A DNA stretch of 64,000 bases from Octopus sinensis. Lineage: Eukaryota. The stretch lies in assembly GCF_006345805.1 (NCBI RefSeq), contig NC_042997.1:70804001-70868000 (forward strand), in the 5' to 3' direction. Shown piece by piece: positions 15,083 to 28,173 of the stretch. Under the pieces are notes generated by a model, which had not been told where the DNA came from, did not search any database, and was given only the letters and a program-made list of their open reading frames with translations. How positions within the stretch are numbered: the stretch's first letter is position 1; every line of letters starts with the position of its first letter. A program made the translations under genes and the position numbers.

Positions 15083-15897
15083 TATGATTTCATATGTGTT
15101 TTCTTTAAAAATCATATATTTCATCTTCGGCTGTGAAACTATACCGCAAATAGATTGCAAAGAATACAGGTACTCTAAAACTCCTTTACACTTTTATTTA
15201 CTTCCTATTTTCTCCCTTTGAAATGTAGTTAGGATCTACGAAGCAATGTGCGTACTACACAGCAGCATGTATGTTAATTTTGTTTCTAGATAGATTTTTT
15301 GTCAGTTGAAAAAGAGCTGGTTTCTAACCCAAAATCAAGGTTCATTAATTGGAGGTTCAACGACATCAACTAGATATTTATGTGTATGTGTTAAGTATTT
15401 GGAGTCAGTATATGTGCAGATCTGGGTTTTTTTTGTTTTGTTTTATGCATGTTTTCTCATGCATATAGTTGCATGTTTAGACGTATGTGCATGTACTTAA
15501 AGGCTAAACGATTGCTAACTTTTTATATATTTTAACAATTCTATTTCTCAAGATTGAAGCTGAGACAGTTTGTTACTTATCTTATTTTCCCAATAATTGC
15601 AGGTATAAACCTGGATTTGTAATCCGAGTAGAGTAGTTCAAAACGTCTCAGTAGGTATATATTTTCTCTTTCGCTGATCATTAGTTTTATGCTGACATCT
15701 GTGGGGTATCTCATTTTCTCTAGAGTACATAGTTTCTCTTCTCAGTCCCAAATCACTAAGTCTGATCTATTTACATTTTATTGAGTCTTTCTTTCATATT
15801 ATAAGTGGTATATACTTGCGTATGTATGTATGTATGTATTATGTATGTATGTATGTATACATGTATGTATGTCTATCAATCTATCTATATATATATA

Positions 15898-15947
<50 letters not shown>

Positions 15948-16011
15948 TAGGTTATAAAAAACATAACTCCGAAAGAAGCACACTTTAAGATGTGGACCAG
16001 TATATATTGAT

Positions 16012-16291
16012 AATGGGGAAGGCCGTTTTATGTCATTGCCTTAGGTTTCCTGTCCATAAAGGGTTTAGCATTATGGCGTATCGTCAGATCCCAAAAACTT
16101 GTAGGCCTCTGACTCCTTGATTATATTTTAAGTGGTCATTGTCTCCTTTACACGTGTTGGCCCATGCCCCCTTAAAAATATTTTCAGGGGTTATGACCCA
16201 ACAGGATTTTCGGATCTGACAATACACCATAAAGCTCAACCCTCTATGGAGTGGAAACCTAAGGTAATCCCATAAACCGGCCTTCCCCATT
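16012..16291. mobile_element. MITE of about 280 bp with about 83-bp imperfect TIRs
   Basis: The left end aatggggaaggccgttttatg...gtcagatcccaaaa aligns with the reverse complement of ttttcggatctgac...cataaaccggccttccccatt. No exact TSD seen. Confidence 0.75.
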
Positions 16292-16345
16292 TTTAACATG
16301 TATATATATATCTGTGTGTGTGTGTGTGTGTGATATAGATATGTA

Positions 16346-16417
<72 letters not shown>

Positions 16418-17139
16418 CCACCCACCATAGATGCGAATGGAACACCACTGTAAAATATAACCGTAGTTAATGGTTGATTCCTAGACGGAGCATTAGCAAA
16501 TAATTAAGTTTACTTCATATTTACGAAATCCAGGGTTTGATCTCACAGTACGGTAGTTTTGGACAATGTTATTATCTTTAGCATACAGGTTGATTCATGG
16601 CTTGTAAGTGAAACTGAGTTAAGAGAAACTGTAGGAGTCCATCGGGTCGATTGTATTTGTAATTTAAATGTTCAGCGTGGCAGAAAATGTCGCGTTCACT
16701 CCACCTGAGAATTATGTCAAAGGTCCTTTTGACATTAAGATATTCAGCAGGTAATTCAGTAGGTCGAAGAGCTGAAAACGTATGGACAGGAATTCTGACA
16801 AATATTCATTTAATAACCATAGGCACCATTAGAAAGGTAGGTACAATTGAATCTGATGAACATGGATAACACCCTATCAGGATTGCGAAATCTCTCTCAA
16901 TATGTCCAATTCGAATGACTAGTCTGTAATTGATTCTCTATTATTATTATTACTTTTCTCTCTAGGTTAATATTCCAGCTGTCATGATTCTCTGTATATT
17001 TTCTAAATATCTGCAATGCATTAAAAACAGTTGAGTGTGATCAATGGATATTTGGCTGCTGCTTCTAGCATGTGTAGTCACTAAATAAAGGCTGCATAGC
17101 TGGCAACTCTCACTGGGTTTGTTGTTTATATTCTTATAG

Positions 17140-17424
17140 ATGTTAAAGCTGCTCCTGCTGCTGCTGTTGTTGTTGCTGCTACTTCTGTTGATGATGATGG
17201 TGATGATGATAATAACAACGACGAAGATGACGGTAATGACGATGAGGAAGATGTCTTCTGTAATTTTTTGCTAATGCAATAGTCGTTACACTAGCTGCAG
17301 TCATTGTTGCGGTTGTTCTTTCTATTCTTATTGTTGTCGATGTCATAGTTACTGCTTATGTTGTTGCTGCTGCTGTCGTTTTTGTTGTTACGGGTGCTAG
17401 TGCTGGTGTAGTAGTTGTAGTAGT

Positions 17425-17462
<38 letters not shown>

Positions 17463-17750
17463 TGTTGTTGTAGTAGTAGCAGCAGCAGCAGCAGTAGTGG
17501 TGGTGGTGATACCAACAGCAGCAGCAGCAGTGATGGTAGGTTTTGTTGTTGTTTTCGCTGTTGTTTTAGCAGTTTATTTCCTTGGCAGTTGCAGCTGTTG
17601 AAATTACATCATGAAGTGTCAACAAATTGAGTTATAAACATCTCCACTTTGTAGGGTGACGGTGGCGGCGGCGGCGGCGGAGTAACCATGAGTAATAGGA
17701 TGGAAGTGATGACAGTTTTTGGCAAAAAAGTGGACTTTGCACTGATGCTG

Positions 17751-17806
<56 letters not shown>

Positions 17807-18340
17807 TGTAGTGGCGACGGCAGTGACGTTGGGGTGCTGTTAGAGATTATAGTGCTGTTACTAAGATCGGTGTTGAAGTTGCTGGTATTGCTAATAGTAC
17901 TAGATTAGATGATGGTGCCTGTGGTAGCGAAATTAGTAACGGTAGTAATGATAGTGGTAGTGGTGGTGTCGGCGGTGATGATGGTGATTGTGGTGGCGGC
18001 AGCAGCGGTGGTGGTTTTAGTGGTCGTTGTACTGGTGATGGTGGTGATGTATTCGCGATGATCGTGGCAGTTGAAATGCTATTGGGAATGGTACACTTGG
18101 AAGAGATACCGTTCTTTGTCATAGGTATGGTGATATCAGTGCTAATGGAGGCTGTTAGATGGAGAGAGCGCCAGCAATTTCGAGACGACGAAATGAAGAG
18201 TAATTGAAGAAAGCTATGATAGTACTGAGAATAGCACAAATCGAAGTTTTCATAGTTATTGGTGGTGATAGTTATTATTGTATTGTGGGTCGCAGAGCAG
18301 CTCTGATGGACTAAAGTATGTTTTCTCATATACAGTGAAA
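17140..18340. repeat. Compound trinucleotide low-complexity tract (GTA/GCA/GTT/GTG/GAT)n
   Basis: Runs directly visible, e.g. (GTA)n at about 17425-17460 and 17752-17805. Confidence 0.85.
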
Positions 18341-18995
18341 CAGGACGATATTATCCAACGTGCCCTTGTTTAAGGTGATAGGCTTTTGAAGATTTGGTTG
18401 ATGTCTTTTAGTAGATCGATCGACTATGCAGGGTTGTGGCTGAGGTGTTCTTAGTAACTACCAGCATGTAGGAAAAATTCATGGCTATTTTGGAAATTAC
18501 AAAGTTGTAGAGAAACGAGAATTATATAATTGCTTTCGTAACAGTTTTCTTTTTTTCTTTCTGAAGTGTCTGATTCTTGAAATAGTGATATATACCTAAG
18601 CGGTAGTGAATCTACAGTCTTAAAAGAGAACATCTTTAAAAACTATTCTCCTTCTTATATATAAATTTGTTGCCTATTCTACCTTCAGAGAATTACGTCA
18701 AAAAGTGAGAGTAATCTATATCAAGAAGGAACTACGAACAGTTTTCAGTATGGAACTAAATCAAAAACATTATCTCTAACATAATCATGCTTAGGTATTA
18801 CTAGGCTGGAAACGTTTGGATAAATTTAAATGTGCTGTACTAATTTCTTGTTTCCATGTGTAAAAAAATGAATATAAGTTGATATGAACTCGTTGACCCA
18901 GCGAACGAACTACAACAGCTGCCATACTGAGCTAAAGCAATATATCACCAAAATATTCACACTAGCACACGCGTATGTTTGCGTGTGTTAATATA

Positions 18996-19069
<74 letters not shown>

Positions 19070-19369
19070 GCGAGTGTTTGTGTGTGTGCGTGTGTGTAGG
19101 AGGTAGAAAAGTAACACACGAGTTAATATGTATAAGGAAAATAAGACAGGTAGAAAATGCTAAAATAATTTTATCGTGAAGAAGATTTTAGTATCGGTTT
19201 CCGTCTTTTAGACTTTTTCAAATATGAGTAAAAGAAGAAAATTAAATCGGCGAAAAAATTAAGTGAAATGCTTTGTAAATATTTCCATAGTCTTCAAATA
19301 GTCTGCTGTCTCCTTCTCCCTTCGTTTGTGAATGCTTGGTAGGTAAGTAGTAGTAAATAGAGTCATACG

Positions 19370-20050
19370 ACTACATGGCCTAAAGGATACACACATCAGC
19401 AGGAACAACCTACCATCGCTAATTGATATAGGCTTTCAACGTGCCCTACAACGCAACATCCACGAACTCAGACGCCACAAGCTAAAGAATGAATTACAAT
19501 CAAAAGCCCCACCATGCACTTCTACGCAAAATCCCCTAAAATGAGACCTTCGACACCATCACCAAGAACATCCCTTTACTAAAAAAGTGTCTGTAGAATG
19601 GATCAAGTCCTCCAAACGCACACCATCATCAGGAGCAAAAGACAGCTCAAGTCAATGAAAAGTCTTCTAACACAAGCCCAGGTACACACGTCAACAACAT
19701 CGAAACCGACAGTAAAAATATGCGGTAGACCTAACTGTGGTATAATCGTCAAACTAATTGAAAGATCGGAATTTATCCTTCAAACAGAATCAACGTTTTA
19801 CAGTGAAAAACAACTTCACACGTGCTTCGGCAAACCTAATATATGTATTAACTTGCTCAGGGTGTCGAGAACAATATATCGGTCAAACTAAAAATAATTT
19901 ACATCAGAGGATGATGGTACATAAATCCCAGATTAAAATACAGGAATACAGAAAAATCGGATTAAGCGAGCACATTGATATTTGGGCCACTAATGAACAA
20001 CCCAGCTCGAGAATTTTTCCCCTCTAGAAAGTTGTTTTACTTATTTCACT
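19370..20050 (+). mobile_element. Penelope-like element remnant (linker plus GIY-YIG endonuclease)
   Basis: KICGRPNCG, then NLIYVLTCSGCREQYIGQTKNNLHQRMMVHKSQIK...LSEHID, across frameshifted ORFs 19598-19891 and 19758-20027. Similar to the copies at about 59.3 kb and 60.6 kb. Confidence 0.82.
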
Positions 20051-20140
20051 CTTAGTTGAAAAGTCTAAAAGACGTAAATCGGTACTAAACTGTACTTCGT
20101 AATAAAATTATTTTAGTATTTTCTGCCTTGCCTTATTTTC

Positions 20141-20232
<92 letters not shown>

Positions 20233-20243
20233 ACAAATATATA

Positions 20244-21070
20244 CAGGATGCGGTGTATAAATTATCGTCTAAATGACGCGAAAATGAAAATACCACTGAC
20301 ATTTCATTTTTACAGATTTATTTACCAAAATTACATAAACACATCTTGAAATACTAAAGAGTAAATTTATTCAATAAAACCCTCCAGACGACTTCGGAAT
20401 CTCTTGTAACTCGTCTAAACGGTCTCTTTGTTTAAGTTGGTGAATGCTGCCATAATCCTTGCCGTAAGTTCATCTTTGGTGTTACAAGGCGTTTTGTTGG
20501 TCTCTCGCTCAACTGCGCCCCATGCATAATAATCAAGGGGGTTGCAATCTGAAGAGTTAGGTGGCCAGGTGTTAGAAATGGTGTGGTCGCAGAAATTATC
20601 TGACAGACATGACTGAGCTCTCCTGCTTGTAAGGCATGGTGCAGAGTCCTGTTCTCACACATATCTTCTCCCAACAGCCATCCTCTTGACGCAGGGAAGT
20701 ACTACCTCCTCCAGGCACTTGACATATGCCCCCGTGTGGGAAAGTGAATGGTAGCATAACGTCGCCACCACTAGTGATCACTCCAAATACCATGGTATTG
20801 AGTGGAAGTTTGATTTCTATCACTCTCAGTACATGTTTTGGGGACACGGCAAGTCAACGGTTGTTCTGAGTGTTCACCATCTGATTCTGGGAGAAAATTT
20901 TCTCGAATGAGAAAAACCAAAGTATGTTCTATTGACGGGGATACTTGAGTTTTTTCGAAAGCTTCGTAATGCGGTCTTTCCTCTTGTCCTTGATGGCTTA
21001 GGATAAAAATTTACCCTTTCTCATCTTGTATGAGAAATACCTAATGTCTTCATGCACTACCTGCCGAATG
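20244..21070 (-). mobile_element. Tc1/mariner-superfamily maT-type (DD37D) transposase remnant with right terminus
   Basis: Minus strand V*EQDSAPCLTSRRAQSCLSDNFCDHTISNTWPPNSSDCNPLDYYAWG has 37 residues between the second and third catalytic Asp. Upstream WFFSFEKIF carries a decayed first Asp. TA|CAGG terminus at 20242-20247. In-frame stops present. Confidence 0.8.
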
Positions 21071-21084
21071 TTCAATTAATTACA

Positions 21085-21660
21085 ATTCATTCATCCACTA
21101 TAGGCTCAAGGCTCGAAATTTAGGGAGATGGAACCTAACTGATTAAATTGAGTCCAGTGCTCAATTGGTACTTATCTTATTCTCTTAAAGGTTTTCCAAA
21201 TGGCAAAAAATAAAATAAAATAGAATAAAATAAAAACAGAACATCAGAAACGAATGTAAGTTATGCAAGTTCCAAACTGAAAATTTTGGCCGCATTGTTG
21301 CCAACTGCGCACAAACGATAACATCAAAATCTCTGCTTAGAAATCATATCGCCTTATTCACAGTTGTAGGGAATAAAAGAAAAAAGAATATATCTTTAAA
21401 ACATCCATTCAGCCTGATGGAAGAAAACAATTTGGTTAGAAAAATTGCAACACAACTTTTATTATTGTAGAATTCAGTTGTCCACAAGCGATTTTTGCAA
21501 TAAATACAGAGAAGATATCGTTATATTAATAATCCGTTCTGCTAAAAGGACAAGGCTTGAAATTTGGTGGCAGGGTATTAGTCCATTACACTGGTACTTA
21601 ATTCATCGACCCTGAAGGGATGAAATGCAAAGTCGACCCCGGCGGAATTATCGCTGTATT
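21085..21660 (-). mobile_element. Two degenerate fragments of an abundant tRNA-derived SINE (about 21085-21190 and 21560-21655)
   Basis: Share the core actggtactta..tcgaccc.gaa.ggatgaaa.gcaaagtcgacc.cggcggaatt with the copies at 49-54 kb. Confidence 0.65.
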
Positions 21661-22159
21661 AATAATGATTGTTTGACACATTCAGTAGCTATCTATACGC
21701 AGCTATATATTCTTTATGAACTAAAGAACACAATTTTTGCCACCCTTCCTGAATCCAAGCACACATGTCCTTGAATTATCGGAGAAAGGGTGTGACTTCA
21801 TAATAATGGTGGGATAACCATTCTATGGGATAACGAATTCTACGAGACTTTCTAAATATTTAAATGTGAATGGTTATGCAAAAGTTGCTGAAGACTATGT
21901 TTGTCTTAGATTTTTTTTATGAGGTGCCAGTAACAGGCAATCAGTTAAAGTAAACACTAAAGCTTAAAACAGAAAGCGGACTCTCATACACACATACATG
22001 CATGTATACAAATATACATAAACAGATAGACACATATATATGTGTGTAGTGTGTGTGGTGAGTGCACACACGCATACCATATATATATATATATATATAT
22101 ACTTATTAACTCATATATATACTTATTACATACATACACATATTCATGCACATGCATAT

Positions 22160-23030
22160 ATATGGTTTGATCAATAAGTATCCGGACTGTTATTATAGTA
22201 ACGACGCTAAAGCATGGAGAGTGAAACCGCTTGCAACAGATTGACCTTGAAATCTGTTGTCCATGCGCACTAAGGTGTAACGTTCTAGCTCAATTCCGCT
22301 GTTTACAGCAGTGCTTGGAAGGGAGGTGTGTAGCGTATGAGCGTCGCATATTGACCATGGTAGAGAAAGTTAAGAAGAGGATCTGCTTTAAATTTTGCCA
22401 AGGACTACGCACATTTTCTAAAAGTTTTCATTGTTCCCGACACAATCAAATAGATTTGTGCAACTGAAACCCGAGCGTCTTTTTGGTCAGCTGAAATCAG
22501 TTTTGGCACAAACCTGGCAGACGCGCGCCTCATATCCATGTCTTCAGGGATAATGGACTGAACTGAATCGTAACTAGTCAGCACATCTACTGACGATTCA
22601 CGGATGGGGATTCGACGATCTCCCCTCACATCGTCACGCACATCTGCAATGTTTTTCTTAGTTCTTCCGGTTGCGTGTATCCCAGAACGTTCGTCAGTAT
22701 CGACATTTTTTCGGTTATCGTAGAAACTTGTGTACCACTCGTACACTTGTGTGCGGCTCATACACTCTTCTCCATACATTTTCTGCAACTTTGCGTAGGC
22801 CTCTGGGCAGGTATCTTTCTCTGTACTATCTCGGAGAGATAACTTTCTCTGTCATAGTCAATGCGACGATCACATGCTACACACATTTCTTCCAAGCACT
22901 ACAGTAAACGTTAAAATATCGGTAAAGTTTAGTGCGCATGCACAGCAGAGTTCAATGTGAATCTTTGCCAAGCGTGCTTTATCTTCGTTACTATGGCAAC
23001 AGTCCGGATACTTATTGACTAGACTTAGTT
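22160..23030. mobile_element. mariner derivative made of two inward-facing 5' ends, with no catalytic domain
   Basis: TIR-like tcaataagtatccggactgtt at 22171 and its reverse complement ending near 23017. The plus arm encodes MVEKVKKRICFKFC (ATG at 22357). The minus arm encodes the mariner HTH region ...VYEWYTSF...ERSG...RFVPKLIS and stops before the TGDE motif. Confidence 0.8.
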
Positions 23031-23960
23031 TGCATATACACAAGTAAGTATACACACATGCACATACATACCCACATATACGAGTGAAGTGTACATGAAG
23101 TGCAGGTATATTCACTCACATATACATAAATACACATACACATGCATTTATATACATAAACTAAGTAAAAGCTAAATAAAAGCCTAATAATAAAAAGAGA
23201 GAAACAGCAACAAAAAAGAAATCTATAAAAAAACTACCATACACAACAGGACAAAGACATACAAAAGACTTGACACTTCACTGTATACATTGACAATGTG
23301 ATATATTTTATGGCCTTCCTAATCATCCATCATACGACCATACAACTACTAAACCACGAACGTTTTATGTCTACTTATATTATCGCTAAACAGCCAAGCT
23401 TCATAAGGTGTGGCAGCTTTGTATTTTTCTTCCTTTCTGAATGCATAAGATACAATAAAAGTTTATAGAAATAAATAAAATACCTATTCTATATCTATTT
23501 ATTTATTTGTGTATGTAGAAACGTGAATAAATAAATAGGGTTAAAAACGAAAAGAAAATGTTGGAGAGTAAATTTATCATGTTTATGTATAGACAGCAGC
23601 AGTAGTGGTAGTAGTAGTAGCAGTAGTAACACTAGTAGTAGTAGTAGCAGCAGCAGCAGCAGCAGCAGTGGTAGCAGTAGTAGTAGTAGTAGTAGTAGTA
23701 GTTGTAGTAGTAGTAGTAGTAGTCATTGTCTTTATAATGATGTTGATAGTTTCGTCATCGTAGTCACCACAAGCTAAACAAATAAATATACTTAGACGCT
23801 CATAGAAACACACATACACATACCTATATTTGCATGTGTATATACGCACTTGCATGTATATGAAAGCATGTCTATGAAGAGTAAGACAAAATATAGATAT
23901 TTGTTGGATGCTTTTGCTGTTACTCATGCGCAAGCAGACAGACACACGCGTACACACACA

Positions 23961-24028
<68 letters not shown>

Positions 24029-24871
24029 TATATATATACATCTACATAAATCTCTCTATAGGTGGTTAAAATGAAAATAAGCAACAGGATATCCAGAGGT
24101 AATGCAGTACCATCGTTTCAAGCGACTCCATTTAATTGAACAATGCAATCATTACATCAATTTAAATGCAAAGCAATTCTCAGGTGCATAAATACATAGG
24201 CTACTAAGGCATCAGGGAAAAAACTTGTTAGAGATCTAGCTTCCTACTTTTCTTAATCCTGAAAGTTCAGCACCTTTTAATAGTGGAAATAATGATAGTT
24301 TGTGTAATAGAAGGACTACTAACTTACTTAGTTATGAAAAGATACCAAATGAAAAACCATCCTACAAACCTAACAATTTAAATAATAGTAGAATAAGCTT
24401 CAACAGGAGACGGGATACTAAATCGGGAATGAAGCTTAGGTTAGATAGTAAAGGTAATGATGGGAAAGTATTGGTTACTCCTCCCTATATAGAAATGAAA
24501 TGTTTTGGAAATATAAACGTAGCTATTAATCAAGGTATGATTCTAGAGAGCAGGAATGAGACAGGAAGATCCCGCCTTTACTTACACCATAAATTTGACG
24601 GTAAGAACTTCGTCTGGTTCAATATCCCGTACAAATGTACCTTATCCACAAACATATATATGAAATTTATGGCTATTTCAGAAAAAAACTTCCCTACTTC
24701 CTATAGATATAATAGAATCTTTTTATGTAAGACAGTTAGAATCTCGTATTACACTCTTCCCAAATATGGGTACCATCATAGCTAAATTAAATTATAAGAA
24801 TATAAAATTAGCAAGAGTTGATAACAATAACAACAATAATAATAATAATAATTAATTCTTTTATTATTATG

Positions 24872-24921
<50 letters not shown>

Positions 24922-24931
24922 TAATAATAAT

Positions 24932-25540
24932 AAACCACCCCCAGTGCTTGAAAATGACCACATCTCACTCCTCTGGAACTTCACCATTCAAACTGACAGG
25001 AAGATAGATGCAAATAGGCCAGACATCATATTGAAAGACTTCAAACAAAGAACATGCCTCCTCATTGATATGACTGTCCCAATCGATATAAACGTATCTG
25101 TCAAGACCTACCAAAAACTGAGCAAATATAAAGATCTTGAAATAGAAATCAGCAAAATGTGGAAGCTGAAGACTAAAACAATACCTGTTGTCATAGGTGC
25201 CCTGGGAATGATAGCAAAAGGGGCTGATAGCTACCTAACTCAGATACCAGGAAACCCAAAAATGGCAGAAGTTCAAAAGATAGTACTCATGGGAACTGCT
25301 CATATCCTACGAAAACTACTCTCTATGTAATCTCAAGGTTTAAAACAAACATAATTTTCGGTTTAAAAAAAAAAAAAAATTTTTTTTTTTTAGACATTCA
25401 TTAGTACAACATCCCCACCCCCCAAATATATGGCACACTAGGCATAACAACAACATGAACTTCCAACCCTGTTGTCTCTTGAGGTCTCTGGGTGAGACTT
25501 GGAGCCAACTTGTACAAATATAAAGCAAAAGTCAAACATA

Positions 25541-25541
<1 letters not shown>
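24932..25541 (+). mobile_element. R4/Dong-like non-LTR retrotransposon 3' fragment (restriction-like endonuclease domain and 3' UTR) in (AAT)n
   Basis: KPPPVLENDHISLLWNFTIQTDRKIDANRPDIILKDFKQRTCLLIDMTVP...KLSKYKDLEIEISKMW...IPVVIGALG...MGTAHILRKLLSM* contains the RPD..D..K signature of PD-(D/E)xK RLE domains. (AAT)n lies on both sides. Confidence 0.88.
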
Positions 25542-25597
<56 letters not shown>

Positions 25598-25598
<1 letters not shown>

Positions 25599-25858
25599 TA
25601 TAGTACTGTCAACTATAGTGTAACCCCCCAAAATGAGTATAGTAATAATAATGATGAAGTGGAAAATAGAAGTGACAGTGGTAACACTACTATATAAACA
25701 ATATAGATTGTTGTTCCGGGGCCTATACGAGCATAGAAATTATTGGTATACCTGTTGATGTAGAGACAGATTTAAATGATGCTACAATTGAGGGTGAGGT
25801 ACATAATAATAGACCTCATGTTAACATACTTGATAATAGAAATATTAATAGGGAAAAT

Positions 25859-25924
<66 letters not shown>

Positions 25925-26190
25925 TATAGTACTGTCAACTATAGTGTAACCCCCCAAAATGAGTATAGTAATAATAATGATGAAGTGGAAAATAGAAGTG
26001 ACAGTGGTAACACTACTATATAAACAATATAGATTGTTGTTCCGGGGCCTATACGGGCATAGAAATTATTGGTATACCTGTTGATGTAGAGACAGATTTA
26101 AATGATGCTACAATTGAGGGTGAGGTAGATAATAATAGACCTCATGTTAACATACTTGATAATAGAAATATTAATAAGGAAAATATTAAT
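25598..26190 (+). repeat. Tandem duplication (period 326 bp) of Penelope linker sequence, bounded by (AAT)n
   Basis: Unit ttatagtactgtcaac...gaaaatattaat starts at 25598 and 25924. About 3 substitutions seen between copies. Confidence 0.9.
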
Positions 26191-26202
26191 ATAATAATAA
26201 TA

Positions 26203-26267
<65 letters not shown>

Positions 26268-26271
<4 letters not shown>

Positions 26272-26463
26272 AACACCAGGACTTACAAACACATATAACA
26301 TACAGAAAATTGCACTACTAGGCACTGCACACATCCTACGCAGAACACTTTCCATACAATAACCATCAGAGCATCACAACAAATCACAGCACATACCCAA
26401 GGCACACAGAGCTGCGCTCGGTAGTGAAGTGAAAGCACGCTATAAAAATAAAACTACTGAATG

Positions 26464-26504
<41 letters not shown>

Positions 26505-26524
26505 TAATAATAATAATAATAATA

Positions 26525-26570
<46 letters not shown>

Positions 26571-26762
26571 AACACCAGGACTTACAAACACATATAACAT
26601 ACAGAAAATTGCACTACTAGGCACTGCACACATCCTACGCAGAACACTTTCCATACAATAACCATCAGAGCATCACAACAAATCACAGCACATACCCAAG
26701 GCACACAGAGCTGCGCTCGGTAGTGAAGTGAAAGCACGCTATAAAAATAAAACTACTGAATG

Positions 26763-26764
<2 letters not shown>
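26268..26764 (+). mobile_element. Two tandem, apparently identical 3' ends of a second RLE-type LINE family (26268-26465 and 26567-26764)
   Basis: KTPGLTNTYNIQKIALLGTAHILRRTLSIQ* (same C-terminal motif type as GTAHILRKLLSM) plus 3' UTR, each embedded in (AAT)n. Period 299 bp. Confidence 0.85.
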
Positions 26765-26798
<34 letters not shown>

Positions 26799-27605
26799 TG
26801 AATTTTAATAATACTAATATTGATAGTAGTATTTCTCTTAGTTGCAATTGTCGAGTTAAATCCCACTGTCCGTTATTGGGCCGATGTCTTACCGAGAACG
26901 TAATTTATAAATGTACAATAATAACTACCACTAATAATGTTATATATATTTTGGCTGTTCGATTAATATGAAAAAAAAAGCGTCTGTACAATCATATTTC
27001 CCCTTTTAAACTTAAGGCGAATTGCACGTCATTATCTAGTAAAATTTGGGAACTGAAGGATAGTAGAATTGGGTTTAGCTTTAAATGAGAAATAATAAGA
27101 AAGGCGCAGCCTTGTAGAAATAGTAGATATAGGTGTGAGCTGTGCTCTATGGAAACATAAAAGTTTTTAAGCATAAAGATAAGCGCAACCTGATTAACAA
27201 TAGATTAGACCTTAGGGTATCATGCGTACATAGTGTCACCCGTACTTTTAGATATTTTTGAAAGTAGCACTTTATAGGTCTTGTGCTTGAACTGAATCTG
27301 ATGCAAACTTAATTTTAATATTTCTAGTTTGGAAAATAAAGTACATTGCATATATTATAATATAATAAAAGTGATATAGTATAGTTAGTGTGCTACACAG
27401 AGTTAGTATACTACCCAAATGAATTTTCCTACCTAGTAGGTCAGATTTCATTATGGTTTTAGTAATTAATCTATTTATCCCTTTCCTATAGTGTTCCACC
27501 CTCCTGATCTTAGTAGTTATTGAGGCCTTTATGTAAGTAGCCCTCCTAATTAAGTACCCCTAAGAAACTATATTATCACGTATGGATTAACACTAAAAAC
27601 TTTTA

Positions 27606-27691
27606 AAACCTATATTATACCTTTTTAGTTAGCATGTTCTATAACATCAAACCTATATTATACCTTTTTAGTTAGCATGTTCTATAACATC
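27606..27691 (+). repeat. Exact 43-bp tandem duplication
   Basis: aaacctatattatacctttttagttagcatgttctataacatc starts at 27606 and 27649. Confidence 0.9.
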
Positions 27692-28085
27692 AAGATTCCT
27701 TTAGTTAATACCAGGTATTAGTCTTTATAGAAACAAACTAAATAAGTAAATAAATAATTTTAAATTTAAATATTTGAATTATTATACATTTTCTATTAAT
27801 CTTCTCTATTGATGTTAATACTTCATCATGGTTCTAGTGTTTAAGCTATTTTATTCATTTTCTATGGTGCTCTACCCTACCTAGTCATTTTATTATTTTA
27901 TAATAGCATTTATGAAATAAACCTAATTTTTGTACCCTTAGAAAGTCATACTTCCTGATGCCTTAGTGGTTTCTAAGCTGATATGGAGACAGCATGATCT
28001 TTGTCTATCTCCTTACCTTCTTGGAGGTTTTAGATAAAATTATACTGTGTCCATCTGTTTTAATTTCATTTAATTCTATGTATTT

Positions 28086-28173
28086 ACGCAGCTGAGGATT
28101 GCTCTACATTTAAATTGATGTAATAATTGCATTGTTCAATTAAATGGAGTCGCTTGAAACGATGGTACTGCAT
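28086..28173 (+). ncRNA. Hammerhead-ribozyme-like motif near the 3' end of the Penelope element
   Basis: gcag-CTGAGGA (28092-28098)...long hairpin...GAAAC (28156-28160)-gatg-GTA-ctgc. Stem I GCAG/CTGC is present, but the base of stem II pairs poorly. Confidence 0.45.
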
